NCBI GenBank assembly: GCA_964632315.1
Contig: CAZWEM010000014.1
Location: 1 to 64,000 of the forward strand
Source: an uncultured archaeon
GTDB taxonomy: Archaea > Asgardarchaeota > Lokiarchaeia > Sigyniarchaeales > SOKP01
Reading direction: 5' to 3'
DNA: 64,000 nt
Shown here: one piece after another, positions 40,313-50,278 of the stretch
Numbering within the stretch: position 1 is the stretch's first letter
Layout: every line of letters starts with the position of its first letter
The notes under the pieces: generated by a model
The model's input: only the letters and a program-made list of their open reading frames with translations
Told to the model about the DNA's origin: nothing
Databases searched by the model: none
Program-made: the position numbers and the translations under genes

Positions 40313-41166
40313 AACTGCCTCCTTTTGAATAAATATGCTGCTAGAATAAAGAAAGCAACGATATATACTATAAACATCGTTATTCCCGCTTCAATACTGG
40401 GAGTAATCCACGTCCCAAACACAAATCGCCCACCTAAACCACCTGGTCCACTTCCCCCGAACGAAAATTCCGTGTAACGAGGATTTGGAAAAGGGTTTTG
40501 GAGGATTGATGTGATTAGATTGCCTAGGTATGTCAATGAATAGAGAGGTTCAAGGGTATCTCGTAAAAATAATGTAACAATTGAATCTGCGATGCTAAAT
40601 CCAATTAACAAGACGACCAAGGTTATTATGATCGTCAAATTTACGTTTTTCATAAAGGAACTAAAAAATGTAACAAAGCTACTTAGCATGATAACATATA
40701 ACACAGCAAAGCCAAATGAATAAAACACGCGTATCGTTAGGGCAGGACCATAGTATAAAACTCCTAATGTGCAGAGTAAGAAATAATATATTGCAACGAG
40801 AGATACCACTAAGATAAGATTACCTAAATATTTTCCAATTATTAATCGATACTTGTTAATCTTTGGAAAGACTATAAACCCTGTTCTATCATAAAATTCT
40901 GAACAGATAATACCCGAAAAGAACAAGCATGCTGCGAATAAAGTGAGAAACGAAATAAAATTAAGACCACCGCTGATAAATTGCGTATAAGTGTCCGATA
41001 AGAGATTTCCTGGAATCTGTACTAAAAGAACACCCAATAAATAGGCAATTAAAATTACAAGCCCTAAGAAAAAGTAAAATTTCTTACGTTGCTTCTTAAT
41101 TTCAAAGATAATTGTGTGAAATATAGGCATGAATTCCTCAGTTATAGTTTCTTCACGTTCTTTCAT
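40309..41166 (-). CDS. ABC-2 type transporter permease
   Basis: About 6 TM helices, ICSEFYDRTG...P...IIGKYLG motif, ends FKRRQL. Confidence 0.88.
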   Translation of the reverse strand: MKEREETITEEFMPIFHTIIFEIKKQRKKFYFFLGLVILIAYLLGVLLVQIPGNLLSDTYTQFISGGLNFISFLTLFAACLFFSGIICSEFYDRTGFIVFPKINKYRLIIGKYLGNLILVVSLVAIYYFLLCTLGVLYYGPALTIRVFYSFGFAVLYVIMLSSFVTFFSSFMKNVNLTIIITLVVLLIGFSIADSIVTLFLRDTLEPLYSLTYLGNLITSILQNPFPNPRYTEFSFGGSGPGGLGGRFVFGTWITPSIEAGITMFIVYIVAFFILAAYLFKRRQL

Positions 41167-42213
41167 TTATAATATTCCCTCCTTATATTGGTTTAAAGTC
41201 TTTTCTTTATCATCAGATACCATCTCAATATATACTCTTTCAAGCTGTGAAGTTCTTGGTTGTAGATATGAAACGACAGAAAAATCAGATTCAAACTCTT
41301 TAATGAGAATCTTCAATATTTCCACTCTAGATTCTGGTTTCCCATCGAAATAAAAGATAAATGCTTGTTCTTCAGGGTTATATCGAATGGGGATTTTAGA
41401 GATTCTTGGATCAAGATCTTGATCTAAGAAAGGTCCGAGTCTTTTTGTCAATCGTTGTAGGATAGGAGCTAAACTCTCGGCTTGAATTAGTTCAAGGGTA
41501 GTACAATTTAGCTCATTTGCCTTTAATGTTAATGCTAAATTTTCTACTGTATCAAATCCTAAGATTTTACCATGATTTATTAACGCGATTTTGTCACAGA
41601 CTTCCGAGATTTCATATAGCATGTGTGATGCCACGAATATTGTTTTTCCCGTTTTTTGTAATTTACGTAAGAATCGTCTGATTTCAATGCGAGCTAATGG
41701 ATCTAAACCCGTTTGAGGTTCGTCTAAAATGATGATATCTGGATCGTGAATTAGTGCTTGAATTATTCCTAGTTTCTGTGTCATTCCTTTTGAGAAAGTT
41801 TTCACATTTTTGAACTTCCATGATGTTAATTCGAAGAATTCTAATAACTCATCAATTCTCTCATTAATCTTCTTTTTTGGGTAGTGGGAGAGTTGAGCAA
41901 AATACCTGAGTAATTCATAGGCGGTCATATTGTAGAAGTTGGGAATATCAATTAAAAATCCGATTCTACTCATTCCAGCAGATACCTTCTCTAAGTCAGT
42001 TAATTCACGATGATTGGTCCTGATGAGGATTTTTCCTCCATTTGGTCGAAGTATCTTGGCAATCATCTTGATGGTTGTCGTTTTACCCGCTCCATTCGGC
42101 CCGACTAGACCGATTGTCTCTCCTTTGCATACCTCAAGGTTAATATTATCAACTGCAGTAAAGTTACCGAATCTTTTTGTCAAGTTCTCCAGTTTAATTA
42201 CTATATCTGACAT
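41167..42213 (-). CDS. ABC transporter ATP-binding protein
   Basis: GPNGAGKTT, FSKGM, ILDEP, SH switch. Confidence 0.95.
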   Translation of the reverse strand: MSDIVIKLENLTKRFGNFTAVDNINLEVCKGETIGLVGPNGAGKTTTIKMIAKILRPNGGKILIRTNHRELTDLEKVSAGMSRIGFLIDIPNFYNMTAYELLRYFAQLSHYPKKKINERIDELLEFFELTSWKFKNVKTFSKGMTQKLGIIQALIHDPDIIILDEPQTGLDPLARIEIRRFLRKLQKTGKTIFVASHMLYEISEVCDKIALINHGKILGFDTVENLALTLKANELNCTTLELIQAESLAPILQRLTKRLGPFLDQDLDPRISKIPIRYNPEEQAFIFYFDGKPESRVEILKILIKEFESDFSVVSYLQPRTSQLERVYIEMVSDDKEKTLNQYKEGIL

Positions 42214-42331
42214 TATTTTTCAAATCTTTTTTTTAGATTCTAACTCTGAAATCTTCTTATTACTAAAAAGTTTATTACTAAAAATTTAAAGCGTCATAAA
42301 TAGCCAAAATAGTGAGTCAAAAATATCAAAT

Positions 42332-42814
42332 TTAGGGTTTAATGTTTTTATCAAACTTTTTTAGTCGTTTTTCTCGATCTTTTATGTATTTTTTCACTGA
42401 ACGAAAAATCATATAATATCCTCCTTGGTATATCCTATATCCATGAAATATCTTTCCTATTTTTGATCCCATAAAATACCAAGGGAGATAGGATATAAAT
42501 AAGAATACTGAGATTAATTCCATTCCTGATTGAGGCATTATTCCATAGTCAATTCCAAAAAGTAAAAAGGAATTCCATAAATAATATTTTCCGGACTCAT
42601 TAGATGGTATATTTACCCATACAAGTCCATTTAAGAATCCAGTATAGATAATATCTAAATATATCAAAATCTCGGTTACCCAAATTATAGTCAAAAATAT
42701 ACAAGCCAGAAACACGATCCAATCTTTATTTCTTTTGCGAAGATGTTTCCGATAAAGATAGGAATTGACCCATCCCATTACAAAGCAAATAATCATGCTC
42801 TCAACAAATCCCAA
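42332..42814 (-). CDS. Hypothetical membrane protein
   Basis: 160 aa with several TM segments; starts 3 nt after the upstream epimerase gene. Confidence 0.7.
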   Translation of the reverse strand: MGFVESMIICFVMGWVNSYLYRKHLRKRNKDWIVFLACIFLTIIWVTEILIYLDIIYTGFLNGLVWVNIPSNESGKYYLWNSFLLFGIDYGIMPQSGMELISVFLFISYLPWYFMGSKIGKIFHGYRIYQGGYYMIFRSVKKYIKDREKRLKKFDKNIKP

Positions 42815-42816
42815 TT

Positions 42817-43944
42817 TTATTCACTCTCCAACCAATTATTTGATACATACCAATCAATTGTGTTTTTAGTAGCAGATTTGTATTCGGGGAACTTGAAGTT
42901 AAATCCAATATCCTTTATTTTTTCATTTGAGAAGAGATATTGATGGATTGTATAAGCTGTCATTGCACTGTCAACTGGAGGTCTTGCATTTAAGGCACGT
43001 GCTTTTTGTTCCTTGCGTTCATTTAATTTATATAAAAATTTAGAAAAGCCCTTAAAGAAAGGCCACCAAACTGGAAAATTGAAGTAATTAACATTTAGGA
43101 GATCAGCAATGTATTCCATAAAATCCTCTTGAAAACAAGGATCGATTACAAGATTATAAGCTTCTCCTATGGACTCCTCTTTTTCAGAGAGTAATATAGC
43201 TGCTCTTACTAAATCTTCTACATGAATCATTGGCATTGCCAAACGTTTTTTTTTGGGATATACATGAATACCTGGACCAAATCCAGATTTATTTATAAGT
43301 TGAAACACGTGAAACATCCCGTATGCTTGATATGGACCCATTATAGGCGCAGGGCGAATAATAGTTGCTTTTAATCCGGTTTTGTGGATGAACTTTTTTA
43401 ATAGAAGTTCTTGTTCCATTTTACTAATACTGTAATTATTTGGAGGATTATAAGGCTCGGTTTCATCTGTTGGTATCGGATATCCTTTCTTATCTTTTTT
43501 ATATTTAGGTTCTCCATAAACACCGCAAGTACTCCAATGTATAAATCGTAATCTATCAATATTTTGCGTTTCTTGGACTACTTCAAGCAAATTTTTTATC
43601 CCTTCGACGTTAATTTTTCTTAAGTCATTTAACTTGGCGAAGTAATCATATAAACTTGCAGTGTGGAAAACGATATCGAATTTTTCTTCCAAAAATAGCC
43701 TTCTAAGAGAATTCTTATCGATTAGATCGGAAGGAATGAATGTAATTGTTTCATTTTCTAATACTTCTGTCATATTTTTAAATCTGGGACTAAAAACTGT
43801 TTCTTTTGTCATCACTTCTGTTCTTTTATCACTGGGAAGATCGGTTGCTATTACTTTCCACGTGGGTTTAGTCTCTAATATTTCTTTAACAAGGAATGTT
43901 CCAGTATGTCCTTTTGCACCATCTACTAATACTAATTTACTCAT
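42817..43944 (-). CDS. Extended SDR: NAD-dependent epimerase/dehydratase (3-beta-HSD-like)
   Basis: GAKGHTG, FHTAS, STCGVYG, YSISK, IRP, HVEDL. Confidence 0.88.
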   Translation of the reverse strand: MSKLVLVDGAKGHTGTFLVKEILETKPTWKVIATDLPSDKRTEVMTKETVFSPRFKNMTEVLENETITFIPSDLIDKNSLRRLFLEEKFDIVFHTASLYDYFAKLNDLRKINVEGIKNLLEVVQETQNIDRLRFIHWSTCGVYGEPKYKKDKKGYPIPTDETEPYNPPNNYSISKMEQELLLKKFIHKTGLKATIIRPAPIMGPYQAYGMFHVFQLINKSGFGPGIHVYPKKKRLAMPMIHVEDLVRAAILLSEKEESIGEAYNLVIDPCFQEDFMEYIADLLNVNYFNFPVWWPFFKGFSKFLYKLNERKEQKARALNARPPVDSAMTAYTIHQYLFSNEKIKDIGFNFKFPEYKSATKNTIDWYVSNNWLESE

Positions 43945-44040
43945 TTTCTAATATATATCAGATCTTCAGTCCTAATTAATATTCTGATTTATTAATAAAG
44001 TGAAGATTGAATTTGATAGTGAAAGCTTAAGAAGTTAATT

Positions 44041-44874
44041 TTATGAGTATTTATTTTTACTAAAACCACCGTGATGAAAATGAATTTGGCATTTCACTTT
44101 GAATCTCTTTCCCAATTCTAAGATCTTTTGAGAGATTACATCCCAAAACATATTATCGGGTGGTCTCCCATAAATCTTTTTATAATCTGGAATGAGATTA
44201 GGTCTGTTTTTTTTAATAAATTGAAATACTCGCTTTCTATTGTTAGGTCGAACATTTAAATTTTCAAATGAGAAATATTTCACATGATCAGCCATTATTT
44301 CCATAATTTGTTCAATCTCTGTAATATATGGAAGAATTGGAGATATAAAGACATGTGTATTCAATCCTGCATTCTTGCATGCTTTAAGAGCATCAAATCT
44401 CCTAACAGGAAGAGATGCACGAGGCTCGAGTTGTTTTGCGAGCTCAATATTTATCGTGGATACTGAAACTGCAATATCAATATTATGAAATTGCTTAAAT
44501 ATATCTATATCTCGCTTTACAAGTTCAGACTTAGTTAAAATAGATAATTTTGGCTGATGTGCTACTAATTTTGTGAGTATCGCTCGAGTTACTTCAAATT
44601 TTCTCTCATGAGGTAGATATGGATCGGTAACTGAACTAAATAAAATTTCTTTTCCCTCATAATGACCTCGCGGTTTTACTAATTCTGGTCCATTTTTTTT
44701 CACATCAAGAAATTCTCCCCATGGTTCATGATGATCTGTAAATCGTTTCATGAAATCCGCATAGCAATATATACAACCATGTTCACAACCAACATAGGGA
44801 TTTACTACTAAATCAACACTGGGGATGTTACTTTTCGTGAGGATGCTTTTAGATTCGATTTCTTGAATTAACAT
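44041..44874 (-). CDS. Radical SAM protein, SplB/Rv2578c-like family
   Basis: NPYVGCEHGCIYCYA, SSVTDPY, ILTKS...RD, LEP. Confidence 0.9.
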   Translation of the reverse strand: MLIQEIESKSILTKSNIPSVDLVVNPYVGCEHGCIYCYADFMKRFTDHHEPWGEFLDVKKNGPELVKPRGHYEGKEILFSSVTDPYLPHERKFEVTRAILTKLVAHQPKLSILTKSELVKRDIDIFKQFHNIDIAVSVSTINIELAKQLEPRASLPVRRFDALKACKNAGLNTHVFISPILPYITEIEQIMEIMADHVKYFSFENLNVRPNNRKRVFQFIKKNRPNLIPDYKKIYGRPPDNMFWDVISQKILELGKRFKVKCQIHFHHGGFSKNKYS

Positions 44875-44931
44875 CTTTAATTTTCCAAATTTTTAGAACA
44901 ATTAATAAAAAATGAGATTCTTTAAGAAATA

Positions 44932-45717
44932 ATGGTTGATAAAACATTAAGTTGGGACGCGAAGCTTTATCAAAATAGTTCTAGTCTTCAATTCGAATTA
45001 GGATTAATGGGCATAGACAAGCTCAATCCTAATGGTTCAGAAAAAATTTTAGAGATTGGATGTGGTAATGCGAAGTTAACCATTGAATTAGCTAAAAGGA
45101 ATCCTAATGGAACAATCACGGCCATCGAGATTTCTGAAGAAATGATTTCTCAAGCTAAATCTAACATTTCAAGAACAAACTTTTCAAACATTAAGCTTAT
45201 TCATGGAGATGCTATTCAAATTGACTTTAATAATGAATTTGATGCAATTTATTCAAATTCAGCGATTCATTGGATAAAAAATCTTGAATTAATGTATGAA
45301 AAAATGTATAATGCTCTCAAACAGAATGGGCGAGTTATGATCCAGACAGGTTTGCGAAGCACGAATTCGTTAGTTAAAACAATTTACAAATTGATTAGTT
45401 TAAAAAAATATCAAGATGCTCTGATTGATTTTAAAAGTCCATGGCGGCATTTAACGATTGAAGAAACCGATCAATTATTACATTCTGTTTGCTTTACTGA
45501 TATAAATATTCAAGAGTATAATCATCTTGTGAAATATGATACAGAACTAGATATGCTAAATTACTTTAAATCAGCAGCACTAGTACCTTTTCTAACCATT
45601 TTACCGGATGAGTTAAAAGATGAATTCGTGAGAGATTTTAGAAAAATTTATTTAAATTTCAACGAAAATCGTTTAGAAGTTGAGATGAAACGTCTCTTTA
45701 TAAGCGCAGTAAAGTAA
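44932..45717 (+). CDS. Class I SAM-dependent methyltransferase (Tam-like)
   Basis: WDAKLY, LEIGCGNA, FDAIYSNSAIHW. Confidence 0.88.
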   Translation: MVDKTLSWDAKLYQNSSSLQFELGLMGIDKLNPNGSEKILEIGCGNAKLTIELAKRNPNGTITAIEISEEMISQAKSNISRTNFSNIKLIHGDAIQIDFNNEFDAIYSNSAIHWIKNLELMYEKMYNALKQNGRVMIQTGLRSTNSLVKTIYKLISLKKYQDALIDFKSPWRHLTIEETDQLLHSVCFTDINIQEYNHLVKYDTELDMLNYFKSAALVPFLTILPDELKDEFVRDFRKIYLNFNENRLEVEMKRLFISAVK

Positions 45718-45883
45718 AAAAAATTTCAAAATAGAAAGTTCTCTTCGTGAAATATTACCAATAGTTTGGGCAACGTAGAGTATTTCTTCTAAATATTATC
45801 GATGTATTACATTGATATTTTATTTTAATTTCGCTCCTAAATATTAAAATATTCAATTAGATTATTAATCAAGGTGAATTTTA

Positions 45884-46039
45884 ATTAAATTAATTACATG
45901 CCACATTCCAGAAGCATATCTCAGCGGTATTGAGGAACTTGTTAACATGAATTTATATCCCAATCGTTCTGAAGTAATTCGAGTAGCAATTCGAGACTTA
46001 CTAAAAACTGAACTCAGCACTATCTTGCGAAAAGAATAA
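45884..46039 (+). CDS. Ribbon-helix-helix (CopG/MetJ) transcriptional regulator with ATT start (not in ORF track)
   Basis: GGTGA at 45873-77, whose TGA is an in-frame stop; ATT at 45884 gives (M)KLITCHIPEAYLSGIEELVNMNLYPNRSEVIRVAIRDLLKTELSTILRKE. Confidence 0.85.
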   Translation: MKLITCHIPEAYLSGIEELVNMNLYPNRSEVIRVAIRDLLKTELSTILRKE

Positions 46040-46109
46040 TTTTTTAATTTTATCTTTTTTATAATTTGTATAAAAAGATAAATGAAACTCAATTCCTTCA
46101 CTCTTTACC

Positions 46110-47087
46110 TTGGGGTTTCAAAATAGCACTAAAATGATTGTAATAGTAATCTGGATTATAATTTTTACGGGGAGTTTTTTATTAATTTACTTTTCTGCAG
46201 ATTTTTTTATTGATAATTTAAAAGAATTCGGAGTAAAATATGAGTTTTCACCATTTGTTTTAGGTTTATTAATTCTTGGAATTGATCCTGAAGAATCAAT
46301 TACTAGTATCGTTGCGTCAATAAATAAATTGCCCTACATAGCATTAGGGAATGTTATAGGTAATTCTATATTGTCTTTGACGCTGTGTTTCGCCCTTCCT
46401 GCTTTCTTTCATAAAATTAATCTCAAATCTGTGACAAATTCTTATTTTATTATCATTTTTTTAAGTTTATTGAGCATTTTACTCGGGATCTTTTTCAGTA
46501 ATCTCATTATGGTTTTTGGTATTGCTTCTATTTTCCTATATTTGATTTATTTAAAAGTCTCGCTAAAAGAAATAAGAGCTGATGAGAAAGCAAATCTAAG
46601 TGAAACACTTGATATCTTTAAAGTAACTGAAAAGCAAAAGACTTCAATTCAATTGATAATATATATCTTCTTGAGTCTATTTCTTATTATTATTGGGGGA
46701 GAATTTTTAATAATTTCTGCCGAAAACTTGATGAAATTATCAAGAATTTCTGAAACATTCTTTGGGTTTGTGATAATTAGCTTTCTTACTAATGTTGAAG
46801 AATTAACGCTTGTTTTTAAGTCAATAAAAAAGAAATCCTTAGCCATCGGATTAGGAGGGATGATAGGAAAAATAATATGGAATTTATGTTTTACATTTGG
46901 AATTAGTGGTATCATTATAATTCACTATAACTCCAACCTATTATTATTCTATAATTGGATATTGCTAGTAGGGTTGATTTTTGGTTATAAAATCTTATCA
47001 AAACGGAAATATATGTATCGCAGGTCTGCTTCAATTTTATTAGGTTTCCTTGCTGTGTTTCTTTTCATAAATTTCTTAAATATTTAA
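46110..47087 (+). CDS. Cation/Ca2+ exchanger (CaCA, YrbG-like) with atypical alpha-repeats
   Basis: Two TM repeats; IALGNVIGNS and LAIGLGGMIG; GIDPEE and LTNVEE in place of GTSLPE. Confidence 0.8.
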   Translation: MGFQNSTKMIVIVIWIIIFTGSFLLIYFSADFFIDNLKEFGVKYEFSPFVLGLLILGIDPEESITSIVASINKLPYIALGNVIGNSILSLTLCFALPAFFHKINLKSVTNSYFIIIFLSLLSILLGIFFSNLIMVFGIASIFLYLIYLKVSLKEIRADEKANLSETLDIFKVTEKQKTSIQLIIYIFLSLFLIIIGGEFLIISAENLMKLSRISETFFGFVIISFLTNVEELTLVFKSIKKKSLAIGLGGMIGKIIWNLCFTFGISGIIIIHYNSNLLLFYNWILLVGLIFGYKILSKRKYMYRRSASILLGFLAVFLFINFLNI

Positions 47088-47125
47088 CTTCCATCTTTTT
47101 ATACCGTAACTCATTTTTTTAGATA

Positions 47126-47992
47126 ATGGTATTTGCAATAAGTGATTTTAAGTATATCGATATTCATACACATTTTTTTCCTCCTAATCTTTTCAAGGCA
47201 ATCTGGAACTACTTTGAAATTCCTGGAGATGATGGAAACCCAAGAGGTTGGGAAATTCATTACAAATTAGGAAATGAACAATTAGTTTCCTTATTAAAAG
47301 AACTAAATATTTTACATTATACAACGTTAAACTATGCTCATAAAGAAGGTATCTCAGAGGGTCTCAATGAATGGACTTATAACTTTACTATGAAGCATAA
47401 AGATGCAATAGGATTTGGGACGTGCTTTCCCTCTGATAAGAATAAAATAGATTATATAACTAAAGCTTTTGACGAATTTCAGTTAAAAGGTTTGAAATTA
47501 CAATTATTAGTTCAAGATTTTTACCCTTTTGATGAGAGGATGTTTGAAGTATATAAACTAGTAATTGATTATGGAAAATGGATCACCATGCATTGTGGAA
47601 CAGCCCCGTATTCTAATGAGTTTGTTGGATTCAAGAACTTTGTCAAGATGATTGAAAAGTTTCCAGATATTAAGATTATCATTGCTCATTTAGGAGCGTA
47701 TGAATATGAAAAATTCTTTAAGTTATTAGACAGATATGATAATGTATTTTTAGATACCGCGATGGTATTTATTCCTCTAGATTTGTTTAAAAAATGGAAA
47801 TTTAATTTAAAACACCCTGAGAAAGAATTAATTGTTTCATATCAAGACAGAATCCTTTATGGTAGCGATTTCCCGAACATTCCATATGAATATGAGTCAT
47901 CAATCCAAGGATTACTTGATTTAGATCTAGATCGCAAGGTTTATGAGAAAATCTTTTATCAGAATGCAAAAAAAACCTTTAAATTAAATTAA
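47126..47992 (+). CDS. Amidohydrolase family 2 protein
   Basis: IDIHTH, GLKL, MHCG, IAHLG, DTA, YGSDFP. Confidence 0.9.
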   Translation: MVFAISDFKYIDIHTHFFPPNLFKAIWNYFEIPGDDGNPRGWEIHYKLGNEQLVSLLKELNILHYTTLNYAHKEGISEGLNEWTYNFTMKHKDAIGFGTCFPSDKNKIDYITKAFDEFQLKGLKLQLLVQDFYPFDERMFEVYKLVIDYGKWITMHCGTAPYSNEFVGFKNFVKMIEKFPDIKIIIAHLGAYEYEKFFKLLDRYDNVFLDTAMVFIPLDLFKKWKFNLKHPEKELIVSYQDRILYGSDFPNIPYEYESSIQGLLDLDLDRKVYEKIFYQNAKKTFKLN

Positions 47993-48008
47993 TTTCAATA
48001 TATTTTCA

Positions 48009-48872
48009 TCATAGAATCAATAAGCTAAGTCCCATTACAAACATACCTGCTATAATTCCTAAAATCGAGATGTGCTCTTTACCTAATGAGCGAGATGTAG
48101 GTAATAATTCATCCAATGAAATATATACCATTATACCTCCTACAATAGCCAACATTGCACTTAATAAAAACTCATTTATGAATGGGTAAAGGATGATCCA
48201 CGTGATCAAAGCACCCATAGGTTCACTCATTCCAGATAAGAATGACCATTTAAATGCTTTTTTTCTACTTTGAGTACAAATGTAGATCGGAACGGCGACC
48301 GCAATCCCTTCAGGAATATTATGCAGGGTAATCGCAACGAATATAAGAAATCCTAATTCGACTTCAGTAACAGTCCCAACAAAAGTCGCAACACCCTCAG
48401 GGAAGTTGTGAATAAATACGCCAAAAAAAATAAAAATGGATGTTTTATACAAGTTATTTTTAGACCCTTCAGGAATTTCCTTTATTTCATTATGATATCG
48501 GCGATGTTGCTTACGACGTCCATGATCTATATGACCATGATGAATATGTGGTTTACAACTTCCATCACCATTCATTAACATTTCAATTGAATCCTCAAAT
48601 TCATATTCATGAGAGACCACAACGTCAATAACTAGCATTACTAACATACCAATGAAGAAAAAAATCAAGCCCCATAATAAACCAACTGATTGGATACTCT
48701 GTTGGAGTAGTTCTAAAAATGAAATTAGTATCATAACTCCAGCTGAGAACCCCATAATAAATGAAATAAATCGGGGATTAGGTTTTTTGATAAAAAAAGC
48801 GATTAAACTACCAATAGTGGTTGCTAATCCTGCTAAAAAGCTCAGAAAAAGAGCGAACAGATAATCTGCCAT
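48009..48872 (-). CDS. zupT: ZIP family zinc/metal transporter
   Basis: FSAGVM, His-rich loop, HNFPEG, HNIPEG, SEP, DELLP. Confidence 0.92.
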   Translation of the reverse strand: MADYLFALFLSFLAGLATTIGSLIAFFIKKPNPRFISFIMGFSAGVMILISFLELLQQSIQSVGLLWGLIFFFIGMLVMLVIDVVVSHEYEFEDSIEMLMNGDGSCKPHIHHGHIDHGRRKQHRRYHNEIKEIPEGSKNNLYKTSIFIFFGVFIHNFPEGVATFVGTVTEVELGFLIFVAITLHNIPEGIAVAVPIYICTQSRKKAFKWSFLSGMSEPMGALITWIILYPFINEFLLSAMLAIVGGIMVYISLDELLPTSRSLGKEHISILGIIAGMFVMGLSLLIL

Positions 48873-49246
48873 TCAATTTTCACCAAAACATATATCTTTC
48901 TTAAGGTTTAGCATCTATAGATAGTCCTTTTATTATTATTATAGTATAGATTTAGATTATCCTAATTATTCTATAATTTTAATATTATATAAACCTTATG
49001 TAATGGATAATCCGTAATTATTTAAGCCGAGAATTATTAGATAAATGGTTTAATATAACTTATCTATCATTTGACTATTTTAAATAAAGAAATATAACTT
49101 TAGGTACAGTAGATAAAATGTGTATGATTAATTATAAATATTGAAAATCATTTTAATAAATCAACGTGTACTTTAATGCGGGAGTATTTATAAATCCCAT
49201 TAATGTACGTTGCTTATAAGAAAATACTCTAATATTAAGGAGCCCT

Positions 49247-50275
49247 ATGAGAGATTTAACCACCCAAGATAAGCTATTTTTTTTTGAAAGACATTTTTTT
49301 ACCTTAGATGGACTTTGGATGATTGAGACAGAAAACAAACTTGATTGGGACACTGCTTTAGAAATAGATCTGAATGTATGGAAAAAATTATTAAAAATCA
49401 TTTTTCGACGAATAAAGAAATATCTAAAAGTTGACGGAAACACGTTAGGTGACTTGGTAAAGATTCTAACCTTTAGATGGGCTGCGGAAGGTTGGGATTA
49501 TACCATTGAGAACTTAAAAAAGAATGAGATTCACATCGAAATCAGAAAATGTCCCTATAAGTCTGCAATGGATCGAAATCCAGAAAGACATGATAAAATT
49601 CCATTGATATGTAATAATATGTGTAGGCCTTTTTACAAAGATATAGTAAGTAATTTCAATTCAGAGATTAAAGTGAATCGAGAAAGTTTTATGGGCTTAG
49701 GAGACGATCTTTGTGATTTTACTTTTAGTATCCAAAATAATAAGGATATGGATGAATTAGAAGAAAACCTTATTTACACTAAAAATACAATTCAGGATGA
49801 AGACAAACTGTTTTATTTTGAGCGCAATTTTAGAACTCTTGATGGTCTCTGGGTAATTGAAATAGAGGAGCAAATAGATTTTGAATCTGCACTAGAAATC
49901 GATCTCATTGTTTGGCAGAGGTTATATGAAATAGTTTTTCGAAGAGTTAAAAAATATCTGTCAATCCAAGGAGATTCACTCGATGATTTAACCGTAATTT
50001 TATATTTTATATGGAGTTGCGAAGGAAACAGTCCCCAGATTACTAGACAAAATGACAAAGAAGTTCTAATAGAAGGTATAAAATGCCCTTACGTTGAATC
50101 AATGCTAAGAAATCCAGAAAGACATAAAAGAATAGAATCTATTTGTATGATAATGTGTGTTGGTTATCTTGAACCAGTAATAAAGCAATTTAATCCAAAT
50201 ATCAAACTAAAAAGAACCAGATTTATAGGTTTAGGTGATAATAGTTGTGACTTTCTCTTCAAATTAGAAAGATAA
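49247..50275 (+). CDS. Internally duplicated DUF6125/V4R-like protein
   Basis: Two ~165-aa repeats: FERxFxTLDGLW...CPY...RNPERH...IC...C...FN...GLGDxxCDFxF. Confidence 0.8.
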   Translation: MRDLTTQDKLFFFERHFFTLDGLWMIETENKLDWDTALEIDLNVWKKLLKIIFRRIKKYLKVDGNTLGDLVKILTFRWAAEGWDYTIENLKKNEIHIEIRKCPYKSAMDRNPERHDKIPLICNNMCRPFYKDIVSNFNSEIKVNRESFMGLGDDLCDFTFSIQNNKDMDELEENLIYTKNTIQDEDKLFYFERNFRTLDGLWVIEIEEQIDFESALEIDLIVWQRLYEIVFRRVKKYLSIQGDSLDDLTVILYFIWSCEGNSPQITRQNDKEVLIEGIKCPYVESMLRNPERHKRIESICMIMCVGYLEPVIKQFNPNIKLKRTRFIGLGDNSCDFLFKLER

Positions 50276-50278
50276 ATT

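Noticed and set aside
45865-46101. 78-aa minus-strand ORF in the track
   Set aside because: It is the antisense shadow of the plus-strand RHH gene, which has a clear family signature and RBS
48006-48011. zupT also ends in TGA-TGA
   Set aside because: The protein is already complete at its last TM helix, the frame closes after a few codons running into the convergent gene, and no SECIS-like hairpin follows. It is an ordinary double stop, and shows that TGA-TGA alone is not evidence of Sec.
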